This document shows positions 1 through 8,116 of a DNA stretch of 64,000 bases, one piece after another. The notes under the pieces were generated by a model. That model was not told where the DNA came from. It did no database searches and saw only the letters and a list, made by a program, of their open reading frames with translations. Within the stretch, counting starts at the first letter, position 1, and every line of letters starts with the position of its first letter. Made by a program: the position numbers and the translations under genes. Source of the stretch: a virus (Duplodnaviria; Caudoviricetes); the IMG/VR virus record IMGVR_UViG_3300031229_000003, positions 3,415-67,414 of that record. The stretch is one strand, 5' to 3'.

Positions 1-148
1 CGATGATCGGCTCGAGGACGCCCTTGGACTGGACCGACGTCGCGAGCTCGTCGAGGCTGGGGTCGTCCGGGTCGATGACCCGTGTGTTCCACGGGCCGGG
101 GGTCAGAGCTGCCAGGGGCAGCTCCTGAAACTGCAACGCTCTGTCCAT
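1..148 (-). CDS. parB: ParB/Spo0J-family protein, N-terminal part (runs off the window edge)
   Basis: Manual translation from ATG at 148 (GGAGG RBS): MDRALQFQELPLAALTPGPWNTRVIDPDDPSLDELATSVQSKGVLEPII, a typical ParB N-terminal signature. Not in the ORF track. Confidence 0.8.
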   Translation of the reverse strand, partial: MDRALQFQELPLAALTPGPWNTRVIDPDDPSLDELATSVQSKGVLEPII

Positions 149-158
149 CGACGGCCTC

Positions 159-455
159 CTACTCCCGCCGTTCGGCGGTGTCGTGGGGTGGGGGTTGAGG
201 TACGGGACTACGCGAGCCCGTCCTCGCGGCGCGCTGTCGGCGCCGGCTGGCGACGAAGCGCTCGAGGTAGTCGACCGCCGAGGCGATGAGCTCATCCTCG
301 GCGTCGAGCAGACCTCGGGACTCGAGACGAACCGACTCACGGCCGGCGAGGAGCTCGAGCCCCTCGAGGACCCTCGCGCTCAGGTAGGGACGCTTCCTCG
401 CGGGAGCGCTAGTTTTTGGAGGACTGACAGGTGGGTGGGTGCTGCGTCGGGGCAT
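159..455 (-). CDS. hypothetical protein (98 aa)
   Basis: GGAGG RBS, lies downstream of promoter motif at 489-520, abuts the parB RBS. Confidence 0.6.
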   Translation of the reverse strand: MPRRSTHPPVSPPKTSAPARKRPYLSARVLEGLELLAGRESVRLESRGLLDAEDELIASAVDYLERFVASRRRQRAARTGSRSPVPQPPPHDTAERRE

Positions 456-488
456 GTGCGGTGCCTCCGGGGAACCGTGAGTCGGCGT

Positions 489-520
489 GAGAAGTATATC
501 AGGTTGTCGGCGTCCATCAA
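489..520 (-). promoter_or_regulatory. early promoter copy 1 (TTGATG-16-TATACT-TCTC)
   Basis: -10 at 493-498, -35 at 515-520; one of five copies of the motif. Confidence 0.7.
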
Positions 521-837
521 GGGGAGGCCATGAGGTCCACGTAGCGCCGGCCGCGTTCGGTCAGGCGGTAGGCGCGACCGTGCCCGGCGCGTTCCCACTC
601 CACCAGCCGACGCTCGTGAAGCTCGTGGACCAGGTCCGACGTCCGGCCGGCGCTGAGGCCGATCGCCGCCGCGAGATCCTTGACCCTCAGGCCCTCGCCC
701 GCCGGAAGGTGGTAGAGGTTGAGCGCGATCGCGGCTCGGCTGCGGGCCGAGAGCGCCGAGGCGTTGCGCTCGATCCGCTTCGCGAGCTCGTGGTTCGAGT
801 CGAAGCGGCGGACCGGCTCGTCGACGATCTCGATCAT
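517..837 (-). CDS. MarR-like winged-helix DNA-binding protein
   Basis: MIEIVDE start coupled by ATGA overlap; LRVKDLAAAIGLSAGRTSDLVHELHERRLV...YRLTERG wHTH pattern. Confidence 0.75.
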   Translation of the reverse strand: MIEIVDEPVRRFDSNHELAKRIERNASALSARSRAAIALNLYHLPAGEGLRVKDLAAAIGLSAGRTSDLVHELHERRLVEWERAGHGRAYRLTERGRRYVDLMASP

Positions 838-1064
838 GGCAGGAGCTCGAAGTCGAAGCCGTCGACGCTTTCGCCTCCCTCGGCGTCGACGACGTCGAAG
901 ACGACGACGTTGTCCTCGACGGGGTCGTCGGCGATGAGCCACCAGTGGCCGTGTTCGTAGACGGACCGGTGTTGCTCGAGGACGCGGGTTTTCCGATGAC
1001 GCTCGGCCGCGGCGACGATGGCGTCCTCGACCTCCTGGGTCTGAACATCGGAGCGGAGCGGCAT
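834..1064 (-). CDS. hypothetical protein (76 aa)
   Basis: Overlapping start/stop with both neighbours; acidic protein-like composition. Confidence 0.6.
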   Translation of the reverse strand: MPLRSDVQTQEVEDAIVAAAERHRKTRVLEQHRSVYEHGHWWLIADDPVEDNVVVFDVVDAEGGESVDGFDFELLP

Positions 1065-1843
1065 CAGGCGATCTCCTGGACGGTGAGCTCGACGGCGTCG
1101 AAACAGCCTGCGACGTCGGCGTCCATCGACTCGTCGCCAACGTCCGGCGGCCGCGGGCGAAAGAGGGCATGGATGCGTGCGGCGCGGCGGGCGTCGCCAT
1201 TGCGGAGCGCGGCGTCGAAGCGCTCGGTCGCGCGCTGCTCGAGGATCTCCTCATCGTGGGTCATGTCGGATCTCTCGGAGCAAGGTAGATCGTGGCCGGC
1301 TCGGCGGGGGATTGTGAGGCCTCGTTGGGCGAGAGCCCGACGGGCCCGCGAGACGGCGGAATCCACGGTCGACGTGGTGACGCCGAGGTCCTCGGCAATG
1401 CGGCGGCTGCCGTAGCCGTCGACGACGGCGTGCACCACGATCGCCGCGGTGCGGGGTGTGGCGATGGAGAGCAGCTCGGCGCGGAATTGGGTCCTCAGTT
1501 GCTCGGCGATGAGCCGATGGTCGGCGTGCGGTGTCGGATCGGCTACGGACTCCGCACCGGCGTCGTCGCGGAGCCAGTTGCGGCCGTTGCGGACCCTGCG
1601 CGCGCGCCGCAGACAGTCGCAGGCCGTGTTCCTGGCCGCGGCGGCCACGTAGGCCGATGCGCTCGCCTCGTCGAGCTCGGCGAGCCCGTCGAGATCCGGG
1701 CCGAACCGCTCGAGCAATCGGATCCACGTCTGCTGCGTGACATCCTCGACCTCGAAGCGGCGAGGGGCTGCGCGCAGAACGCGCGTGACGTTGGCGCGTA
1801 GGGTGCCCTGGTGTCGAGCGACCAGGTCGGTGGCCTGGGTCAC
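1064..1843 (-). CDS. ECF-type sigma-70 family RNA polymerase sigma factor
   Basis: Region 2 (EVEDVTQQTWIRLL...YVAAAARNTACDCLRR) and region 4 (IAEDLGVTTSTVDSAVSRARRAL), plus a ~70-aa C-terminal extension. Confidence 0.85.
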   Translation of the reverse strand: MTQATDLVARHQGTLRANVTRVLRAAPRRFEVEDVTQQTWIRLLERFGPDLDGLAELDEASASAYVAAAARNTACDCLRRARRVRNGRNWLRDDAGAESVADPTPHADHRLIAEQLRTQFRAELLSIATPRTAAIVVHAVVDGYGSRRIAEDLGVTTSTVDSAVSRARRALAQRGLTIPRRAGHDLPCSERSDMTHDEEILEQRATERFDAALRNGDARRAARIHALFRPRPPDVGDESMDADVAGCFDAVELTVQEIA

Positions 1844-2106
1844 GGCGCGGCCTCACCGTCGACGAGCTTGCCGAGCTCGGCCGCGGCTTCCTCCCACGGG
1901 TCGTCGCCGGGTGTCTCGGGCTTGCCGCCCGGGCGCACGGCCCAGCCGGAGCGCTCGAACGTCGCCTCGCCGAACTCTCCGCAGGACTCGGGATCGACGC
2001 CGGAGATCGCCTTGAGGGCCTCCTCCGGCGAGTCGGCCTCGACCCGGTAGCGGAACCGCTCCCACTCGATGATCTCCTGAACCTCGTACACGTCGTAGAC
2101 GGGCAT
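1840..2106 (-). CDS. hypothetical protein
   Basis: Coupled ORF (YRVEADSPEEAL), typical small phage protein. Confidence 0.6.
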   Translation of the reverse strand: MPVYDVYEVQEIIEWERFRYRVEADSPEEALKAISGVDPESCGEFGEATFERSGWAVRPGGKPETPGDDPWEEAAAELGKLVDGEAAP

Positions 2107-2110
2107 GGCG

Positions 2111-2275
2111 TCAGAGCCTCCTCACGCCGGCGGCGATCGCCTGGCGGTAGAGCGTTTCGTCGTTGCGGATCCACTCGACGCGATCCTCGTCGTTGAGCTC
2201 GACGTGGGGTGCCTGGGCGCGGATGACGGCGTCGATCTCGGCGCGGTGTCGGCGGACATACTCAGCGAGTGTCAT
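2111..2275 (-). CDS. hypothetical protein (54 aa)
   Basis: MTLAEYVRRH start with ATGA overlap. Confidence 0.55.
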   Translation of the reverse strand: MTLAEYVRRHRAEIDAVIRAQAPHVELNDEDRVEWIRNDETLYRQAIAAGVRRL

Positions 2276-2568
2276 CGGCTCTCCCGGTCCTTGATTCCGA
2301 CGCCGGTCATGATGAGCTCCGGCCGGGCGGCCTTCATCGCCCTCCAGCGCTCGAGCGCGAGGTTGAGCCATTTCTCGAACCGCGCGACCGCCTCACGCTT
2401 CGTCGAGCACGACGGCATCCCTCTCCAGGATCGAAACGGCCCTATGTGCCAGCTTCGGCCGACCTTCTGGATCGGGTAGCCCGGCGAGCCCCAGCTATGG
2501 ACGTGGTAGATCAGCGCCGCCTCGTCGTCGGTCAGCGGTTGGAGGCCTCCGAGGTCCGCAGCGTTCAT
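2272..2568 (-). CDS. hypothetical protein (98 aa)
   Basis: MNAADLGG start with ATGA overlaps at both ends. Confidence 0.6.
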   Translation of the reverse strand: MNAADLGGLQPLTDDEAALIYHVHSWGSPGYPIQKVGRSWHIGPFRSWRGMPSCSTKREAVARFEKWLNLALERWRAMKAARPELIMTGVGIKDRESR

Positions 2569-2975
2569 GGACCGATCGCCTTGTAGTAGCCGTCCGCTGT
2601 CACCTGCCAGAGCTGCATCGGCATCGCGACTAGGCCGTCGCGGTGGGTGACGTAGCCGGTGACTTCGCGAATCGTCGGGATCGAGCCGGTCAAGAAGATG
2701 ACCGCCGCCTCGATCGAGGCCTTGGTCGCGGCCCCGGGGACGAGCACGGTGTCGATCGGGAGCTTCCAGTTCTCGGCGTTCGCCACGAGGTTGAAGACCG
2801 CCTGGAGCTGATCCCGGGTGTACTCGACGCCTCGGTAGGGGAACGTGATCTGCGGCCGGACCGGGGTGCGCTCGCCGGTGCGGGCGTCGACCCGCTCGCC
2901 GGTGACGTCGTCGATCCAGACGTTGTCCGGATCGTCGGGGGCCGGGTGGCCGGACCACTCTTGCGTGCTGGTCAT
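2565..2975 (-). CDS. hypothetical protein
   Basis: Coupled ORF in the early operon. Confidence 0.6.
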   Translation of the reverse strand: MTSTQEWSGHPAPDDPDNVWIDDVTGERVDARTGERTPVRPQITFPYRGVEYTRDQLQAVFNLVANAENWKLPIDTVLVPGAATKASIEAAVIFLTGSIPTIREVTGYVTHRDGLVAMPMQLWQVTADGYYKAIGP

Positions 2976-2978
2976 CGG

Positions 2979-3317
2979 TCAGATCCCGCGCACGAACGGG
3001 CGCCACTCGGGCTGGTGGGCCAAGTACTCGGCGAAGGCCTCGAGGGCCTGCGCGCGGGTGGTGGCGACGCCGGCATCGATCGCGTCGAGCAGCGACTGTT
3101 CCACGAGCTGCTCGAAGAAGATCTCGGCCGCGGCGACCTTGCCGGACCGGATCGCGTCGACCAGGTGGCGCCGCTCGAGTCCGTACCCGCCCGTGAAGCC
3201 GAACGGGGCGAACGGGAGAACGGGGTCGGCTTCGAGCCGTTCCTTGGCGACGTCGAAGTCGAAAACGATCGTGGCGGACATGGCGACCTCCTTCGGGTTG
3301 ATGTTGCCGTTTGTCAT
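2979..3317 (-). CDS. hypothetical protein
   Basis: ATG 6 nt after a TATACT box; alternative start MSATIVF with GGAGG RBS. Confidence 0.6.
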   Translation of the reverse strand: MTNGNINPKEVAMSATIVFDFDVAKERLEADPVLPFAPFGFTGGYGLERRHLVDAIRSGKVAAAEIFFEQLVEQSLLDAIDAGVATTRAQALEAFAEYLAHQPEWRPFVRGI

Positions 3318-3351
3318 GAGAGAAGTATATACGAGTTAGCCGCCATGTCAA
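3318..3351 (-). promoter_or_regulatory. early promoter copy 2 (TTGACA-16-TATACT)
   Basis: -10 at 3324-3329, -35 at 3346-3351. Confidence 0.8.
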
Positions 3352-3382
3352 GTGGGGTTTGCAATGGTTTCCGCCGCCGCGT

Positions 3383-3736
3383 CTAACCCTCCGACGGGCC
3401 ATCGAGCGGGACCCGATGGACGGTTCGTGCGTGGCGCGAGATGAGGTAGAGATCGACCCGCACGCCGAGGCCCGCTCGGCCTGGCCGTCCGTTGAAGATC
3501 GGCTGGAGCCCTGGGTCCGCGCTCTCGCTGTCGATGGCTCGACGGGCCTCCACCGCGGCTGCGAGACGGTCGTCGGCGATCCCGAGCGCGATCGTGTTCT
3601 CGCTGAGAACGGCGTGGCGCCGCTCGCCATCGTCGGTCGCCCCGCCGCGGGCTTGGCCGCAGAGGCAGCGGCGGACGGTGCCATCGTCCGGCAGGCGGAA
3701 GATGTCCTGACAGCACAGCGCGTACGCGAGCTTCAT
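3383..3736 (-). CDS. hypothetical Cys-containing protein
   Basis: MKLAYALCCQD...RRCLCG; ATGA overlap. Confidence 0.55.
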   Translation of the reverse strand: MKLAYALCCQDIFRLPDDGTVRRCLCGQARGGATDDGERRHAVLSENTIALGIADDRLAAAVEARRAIDSESADPGLQPIFNGRPGRAGLGVRVDLYLISRHARTVHRVPLDGPSEG

Positions 3737-4023
3737 GTCGAGCCTCCGAGAGCGTCGAGGGCGCGGACCCGCTCGACGGCGCAAGGCGCTTCGATCCGGC
3801 CGCGGCCCTTGCAGTCGGGGCAACGCCCAGGACGGTAGGGTGGCGAGATCGTGGCGGGGGTGACGGCGGCCGTGTCCAGCGCGTCGAGAACGCCGGTCTG
3901 GTCGCAGCGGGTGCAGGGAATCTCGTCGACGTCCTGGTCCCCGTCGCAGCTTGGACACATCCGCTGCCCGGGCTCGAGCTCCTCGGAGCACCAGGCGCAA
4001 GGGATGAGGGGCGGGAGGGTCAT
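3733..4023 (-). CDS. zinc-finger protein (DnaJ-type CxxCxGxG repeats)
   Basis: CAWC, CPSCDG, CTRCDQTG, CPDCKGRG. Confidence 0.65.
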   Translation of the reverse strand: MTLPPLIPCAWCSEELEPGQRMCPSCDGDQDVDEIPCTRCDQTGVLDALDTAAVTPATISPPYRPGRCPDCKGRGRIEAPCAVERVRALDALGGST

Positions 4024-4475
4024 CGTTCGCTCGGTGAGCCGTCCGGCGCCGCACGCCAGCCAGCCGGCGCGAGCTCCATCCAGCGGATGCCGTCCTCGTC
4101 GGGAGCCGACAGCGAGAAGCTCGGTGGCTCACGGCCGTCGGCGACGGCCTCGATCCAGTCGAGGACCGCCGATCTGGGCATCGCCCACGGAGTGACGTTC
4201 TGCGGTACGCGAGCGACCGCCGCGAACTTGAGCTTCTGGTAGAACCGCAGCGGAGGCGCATCGCTGGAACGCAGCGCGTCCGCGCAGATCGCGAGAGCTA
4301 GCTGCGCCGGCCCCGAGCCTCCATAGCCCCACTCGAAGCCGGTCGGACTGTGGTTCCTGAGATCAAGCCGCGGGTCCAGGCGCTTCAGGGAGGCGTCCCG
4401 CGCCTCGAGGATCGCCGCTCCGGCTCCGAGGCCGCCGCGGCGCAGGATGTAGGCGGGATAGCGCGGCGCGCTCAT
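4020..4475 (-). CDS. DUF6166-like protein
   Basis: NHSPTGFEWGYGGSGPAQLALA motif; start MSAPRY. Confidence 0.75.
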   Translation of the reverse strand: MSAPRYPAYILRRGGLGAGAAILEARDASLKRLDPRLDLRNHSPTGFEWGYGGSGPAQLALAICADALRSSDAPPLRFYQKLKFAAVARVPQNVTPWAMPRSAVLDWIEAVADGREPPSFSLSAPDEDGIRWMELAPAGWRAAPDGSPSER

Positions 4476-4558
4476 CGGGCCGCCGGGGTTCGCCGCGACG
4501 GCAGGCTGCGGGCCCGAGGCGCTGATGGACGAGTGGTCGGCCGGCTTGCCTTCCTCCC

Positions 4559-5032
4559 TCATGACGTCTCCAGGTAGCGCGCGTTCGCGATCCCGACCAA
4601 CCGACAGCGGTTCTCGCTGTCCAGGTGATACCAGAAGCGTGCGGGCGAGCGCTGGCGCCACTGCCACTGGTACTGCTCGTCGGCCTCGGGGAACAGCTTC
4701 TCGATCGCGTGTTCCGGGCGGTCTTCGAGCAACCTCAGAACGTTGCCGAGGCTGGTCAGGATGTAGGTCGACGCCGTCTCGACAGGCCACTGCCGCACGA
4801 TGGACCGCGCTGCGTCCAGACGGGCCTCCGACGTCGAGCCGTCGCGGCTCAGGCCGTCATCGCCGGCGGCGCAGCGAGCGATGTGCATCCGGACCTCGAG
4901 GATCGCGGCGTGCTCGCCGCTGCACGCGCGGTCGAGCGTCTCCTGTGACCCCGCGAAGCCGTTCGCCGCGCGGTAGGCCTCCCAGGCCGGGGAGTCGATC
5001 GCCTGGGCGAGATACTGGTGCTGGGTCAGCAT
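4559..5032 (-). CDS. hypothetical protein
   Basis: MLTQHQY start with GGAGG RBS. Confidence 0.55.
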   Translation of the reverse strand: MLTQHQYLAQAIDSPAWEAYRAANGFAGSQETLDRACSGEHAAILEVRMHIARCAAGDDGLSRDGSTSEARLDAARSIVRQWPVETASTYILTSLGNVLRLLEDRPEHAIEKLFPEADEQYQWQWRQRSPARFWYHLDSENRCRLVGIANARYLETS

Positions 5033-5037
5033 GGGTG

Positions 5038-5412
5038 TCAGTCCTCCTCGGGTAGATACACCGTGACGTAGCCGTCCGAGCGGCTGCCGCTCAGACGGAT
5101 TCGTAGGTCGGCCGAGCGGCGGCCAATGCGGACGGGGACGCGGACCGCTTCGTTCTCCGGCAGCGGACGCGAGCCCAGGCCGAGGGCGACCGACAGGATG
5201 TCGTGCCAGATCCCCTTGGGGTCCTGGCGGCCCTGCTGCACGGCCTCCTCGATCAGGCCGTAGACGCCCTGGGTCATGTAGACGGGGAGGGTCGGGCCCA
5301 GGTGCTGCGCGGTGACGTCGCGCCAGGGTTCCTCGCGGCAGTCGACGTAGACGCCGTCGTCGACGGCCTGCTGCGGGGTGTACTCGTAGATCAGATCGGT
5401 TTCGTCGAACAT
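5038..5412 (-). CDS. DUF6573-like protein
   Basis: LIYEYTPQQAVDDGVYVD N-terminus and VTVYLPEED C-terminus. Confidence 0.7.
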   Translation of the reverse strand: MFDETDLIYEYTPQQAVDDGVYVDCREEPWRDVTAQHLGPTLPVYMTQGVYGLIEEAVQQGRQDPKGIWHDILSVALGLGSRPLPENEAVRVPVRIGRRSADLRIRLSGSRSDGYVTVYLPEED

Positions 5413-5669
5413 CAGCTCTCCTCCCTGGACATAGCCACCGGGTCCTCGCAGAGCCAGAACAGCCCGCGATCGTGCCAGCGGCGGTGGATTCGGTCGCACG
5501 CGTCCTCGAGGGTCGCAACCCTCAAGATCGTGGCGACGGGTCGGTGCTTCCGCGGGTCGAACAGACAGACCCTCTGCCCGACCGGAAGCCAAGTCGCGAC
5601 GGCGTACACGGTGCCGCGTTCGAGCTCGACGGTCGCCAGAACTCGCAGCGGCGGCATTTCGTAGGGCAA
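5412..5669 (-). CDS. hypothetical protein
   Basis: Coupled ORF with GAGG RBS. Confidence 0.5.
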   Translation of the reverse strand: MPYEMPPLRVLATVELERGTVYAVATWLPVGQRVCLFDPRKHRPVATILRVATLEDACDRIHRRWHDRGLFWLCEDPVAMSREES

Positions 5670-5681
5670 CGGAACCTCCTC

Positions 5682-5978
5682 TCAGCGACGGCCCTGGATG
5701 GTGTGAAGAAGATCGGCCAAATCCTCCAGCGACGCTCCTAGCGCGTCGAGGACGCGACCGAGCGTCTCGACCGAGGGGTAGGTGTTGCCCTGCTCGTAGG
5801 TCCAGAGCATCGAGCGGGTGATCCCTGCACGCGCGGCGACCGCGGTCTGACTCTCGCCGTTGGCCTGCCGGAAGCGCCGCAGGGCCTCTCCCACACCCGC
5901 AAGACAGCCGGCGTCGTGGTTTCTGGCGCGGAACGAACCGATCGTCTCGAGGGCCGTGTGGTAGCGGGCGGGGTCCAT
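5682..5978 (-). CDS. XRE-family helix-turn-helix regulator
   Basis: LRRFRQANGESQTAVAARAGITRSMLWTYEQGNTYPSVETLGRVLDAL. Confidence 0.85.
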   Translation of the reverse strand: MDPARYHTALETIGSFRARNHDAGCLAGVGEALRRFRQANGESQTAVAARAGITRSMLWTYEQGNTYPSVETLGRVLDALGASLEDLADLLHTIQGRR

Positions 5979-5985
5979 CGGCTCC

Positions 5986-6276
5986 TCACTCCTGGGCGCA
6001 GGCGCCGCGGTCCGGCGTGGCGGACTGCGGATCGAGCGGGATGGCCCACGCGACGACGACGCCCTGAACCGAGGCGACGGGCCACAGGTCGGCGCTGTGG
6101 CTCCACCGCGCGCGTTCCTTGTCGACCGTGGGGACCGTCCAGCCATCCGGGAGGACGGCGCCGACCGGGATCACGTAGTCGGCGCCGCAGTCCGCTTCGC
6201 AGCCCGAGCAGGGCTGGGGACAGGGCTCGTCGTGGCGGGGATGGACACAGACCATCCGGTAGATGCGCGGGGTCAT
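5986..6276 (-). CDS. hypothetical Cys-rich protein
   Basis: MTPRIYRMVCVHPRHDEPCPQPCSGCEADC; ATGA overlap. Confidence 0.5.
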   Translation of the reverse strand: MTPRIYRMVCVHPRHDEPCPQPCSGCEADCGADYVIPVGAVLPDGWTVPTVDKERARWSHSADLWPVASVQGVVVAWAIPLDPQSATPDRGACAQE

Positions 6277-6650
6277 TCGGTCCTCTCCTCGCCGTTCAGG
6301 CGGCCGAGGGTGCCGCTGTAGCGCTTGCCGTCGACGGTGACGAGCTCGACGTGCATGCGTTCGTCGTCGCCGACCACGAAGCGGACGCGGCTGCCGGGGC
6401 GCGGCGAGAGCGCCTCGTCGACGGCGTGCCACAGCTCGCCGATCTGAACCCTGGCGTCGGCGCCGATCGTGTAGTCGACCGAGACGGCCGCGCGGATCAC
6501 ATGGGCGACCCACCGGCACCAGCGGTCGTCCTCGTCGTCACCGCTCTGGAACGCCTCGAGACCATCCGCGACGGCGGCGAGGCCCTCGAGGCCGTGGAAT
6601 CGCAGCGCCGAACGGGTGGCGAGCGACAGGTTCAAGCGACGATCAGCCAT
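6273..6650 (-). CDS. hypothetical protein
   Basis: MADRRLNL start with GGAGG RBS. Confidence 0.55.
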   Translation of the reverse strand: MADRRLNLSLATRSALRFHGLEGLAAVADGLEAFQSGDDEDDRWCRWVAHVIRAAVSVDYTIGADARVQIGELWHAVDEALSPRPGSRVRFVVGDDERMHVELVTVDGKRYSGTLGRLNGEERTE

Positions 6651-6736
6651 CGGGTCCTCCCTTCCTGCACCGGTCCATCCGGCCGCCTGGAGCTGCCCCC
6701 CGCCCGGAGGCGAGAGGCAACCCCCGGCGCCGGCGG

Positions 6737-7237
6737 TCACGCGGCGGCGGACTCGAGGGCGCGGGCGGCCGCGCTCGGGAGGGTGAAGGTCCGCGCGCCG
6801 CCGCCGGGCCCGCGCAGCGGCTCGTCGTCGGGCAGCAGCGCCCGCCACGCGCCGCCGGTCGGCGTCTTCTCGAGCCGGCCGTGGGCGCCGACGACGTCGT
6901 CGCCGTCGAACTCCCATCCGACGAGCTTGCCGAACTCCGGGTCCTGGTCGGGCGCGACCGCGGGGTAGCGGAGATCGCCCGGGGCCGTCGCCGGCGCGGC
7001 CTTCTTGGCGCCCTTGGCCTTGGCCGGCTTCGGGGCCAGCATGGCGAGGATCTTCTCGGCGGCGGCGATCGCGGCGGTCGGCTCGCCGAAGTAGCGGCGC
7101 GGGACGACCTCGCCGCCGATCTCGACGACCCACTTCTTGGAGGGGCAGTAGACGGCGCCGCCGCCCTCGTCGCGCGTGAACTTCGCCTTGCCGTTGTCCT
7201 GCGTCGTGGTCCAGCCGGTGGGGGTGGTGGTGCTCAT
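6737..7237 (-). CDS. hypothetical protein
   Basis: MSTTTPTG start with AAGGAG RBS; two small domains joined by a K/A/P linker. Confidence 0.6.
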   Translation of the reverse strand: MSTTTPTGWTTTQDNGKAKFTRDEGGGAVYCPSKKWVVEIGGEVVPRRYFGEPTAAIAAAEKILAMLAPKPAKAKGAKKAAPATAPGDLRYPAVAPDQDPEFGKLVGWEFDGDDVVGAHGRLEKTPTGGAWRALLPDDEPLRGPGGGARTFTLPSAAARALESAAA

Positions 7238-7485
7238 GCTCGTCTCCTTCCGTGGTTCTGGTGGGACTGCGGTTTCGGCCGTGCGGGGGCCGTCGTTGCC
7301 CGTCGCGCGTGCACCTGCGCGGCGGGAAGAATCCGGTAGCTCGGGACCAGCCCTTCGATGGCTGCCAGCTCGCTCGGGGTGAGCTCGAGGACGGTCGGGT
7401 CCAGACCGTCGACGATCGGCAGACCGCCGAGGGTGGTCTCGACCGCTGGAGTCCAGTCGGTGCCCTCGATTTCGACGAAGACCAT
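7234..7485 (-). CDS. hypothetical protein
   Basis: GGAGAG RBS; ATGA overlap. Confidence 0.5.
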   Translation of the reverse strand: MVFVEIEGTDWTPAVETTLGGLPIVDGLDPTVLELTPSELAAIEGLVPSYRILPAAQVHARRATTAPARPKPQSHQNHGRRRA

Positions 7486-7494
7486 GTCTCTCCT

Positions 7495-7875
7495 CTAGGC
7501 CTTGTACCAGGCGTCGATGTCGTCGCTCAGGTAGAGCCGTCCGCGACGGTCCAGCGTGAGCGGGACGGTGTCGATCCGGAGAGCGATGTTCGCCTCGACC
7601 TTGATCAGCGAGCCGTAGACCGACGCGGCGAGGCTGCTGCGGGCGCCGGGGCCTGGGATCGAGACCTCGGCGACGTGGGCGGACCCGCGGTTGTCCTCGG
7701 ACACCGTGACCGCCGGCAGGTGAGGGAGGTTGAGGGTGACGACCAGACCGCGGCGGGTCGAGTCCACCGTCGCGAGGACCTGGTCCCCGTAGAAGTTGAA
7801 CGGTGAGCGGAACTGCGTGGGCTCGGGAAAGCTGATCGACTGCTGTTCCATCGGGGCCTCCTGTCCGTGTGTCAT
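7495..7875 (-). CDS. hypothetical protein
   Basis: ATG 6 nt after TATACT; second start MEQQ has GGAGG RBS. Confidence 0.6.
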   Translation of the reverse strand: MTHGQEAPMEQQSISFPEPTQFRSPFNFYGDQVLATVDSTRRGLVVTLNLPHLPAVTVSEDNRGSAHVAEVSIPGPGARSSLAASVYGSLIKVEANIALRIDTVPLTLDRRGRLYLSDDIDAWYKA

Positions 7876-7909
7876 GTGAGAAGTATATACGAATGGCCGC
7901 CGATGTCAA
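7876..7909 (-). promoter_or_regulatory. early promoter copy 3 (TTGACA-16-TATACT) with AT-rich upstream element
   Basis: -10 at 7882-7887, -35 at 7904-7909, AT-rich tract to about 7933. Confidence 0.8.
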
Positions 7910-7930
7910 GGGGTTTTCCGAAAGAAAATA

Positions 7931-8116
7931 TTACGGTTGTGGACGAGGGGCGATTTCCCGGAGAAACCGTTTCCGATCGCGCCCGCAAGGACCGCAGAGC
8001 CCGTTCTCGAGCGCCGCCCGCTCGAAGCAGATGAAACAGGTCGGCGTCGTACGTCGAGCGTCGATCGTTGGGGTGGGGGATGGGGAAGGAGCCGCGAGCC
8101 GGCGGCGTCTAGCCAT
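7931..8116 (-). CDS. small zinc-ribbon protein
   Basis: CFIC...CGPC; start overlaps the methylase stop. Confidence 0.45.
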   Translation of the reverse strand: MARRRRLAAPSPSPTPTIDARRTTPTCFICFERAALENGLCGPCGRDRKRFLREIAPRPQP

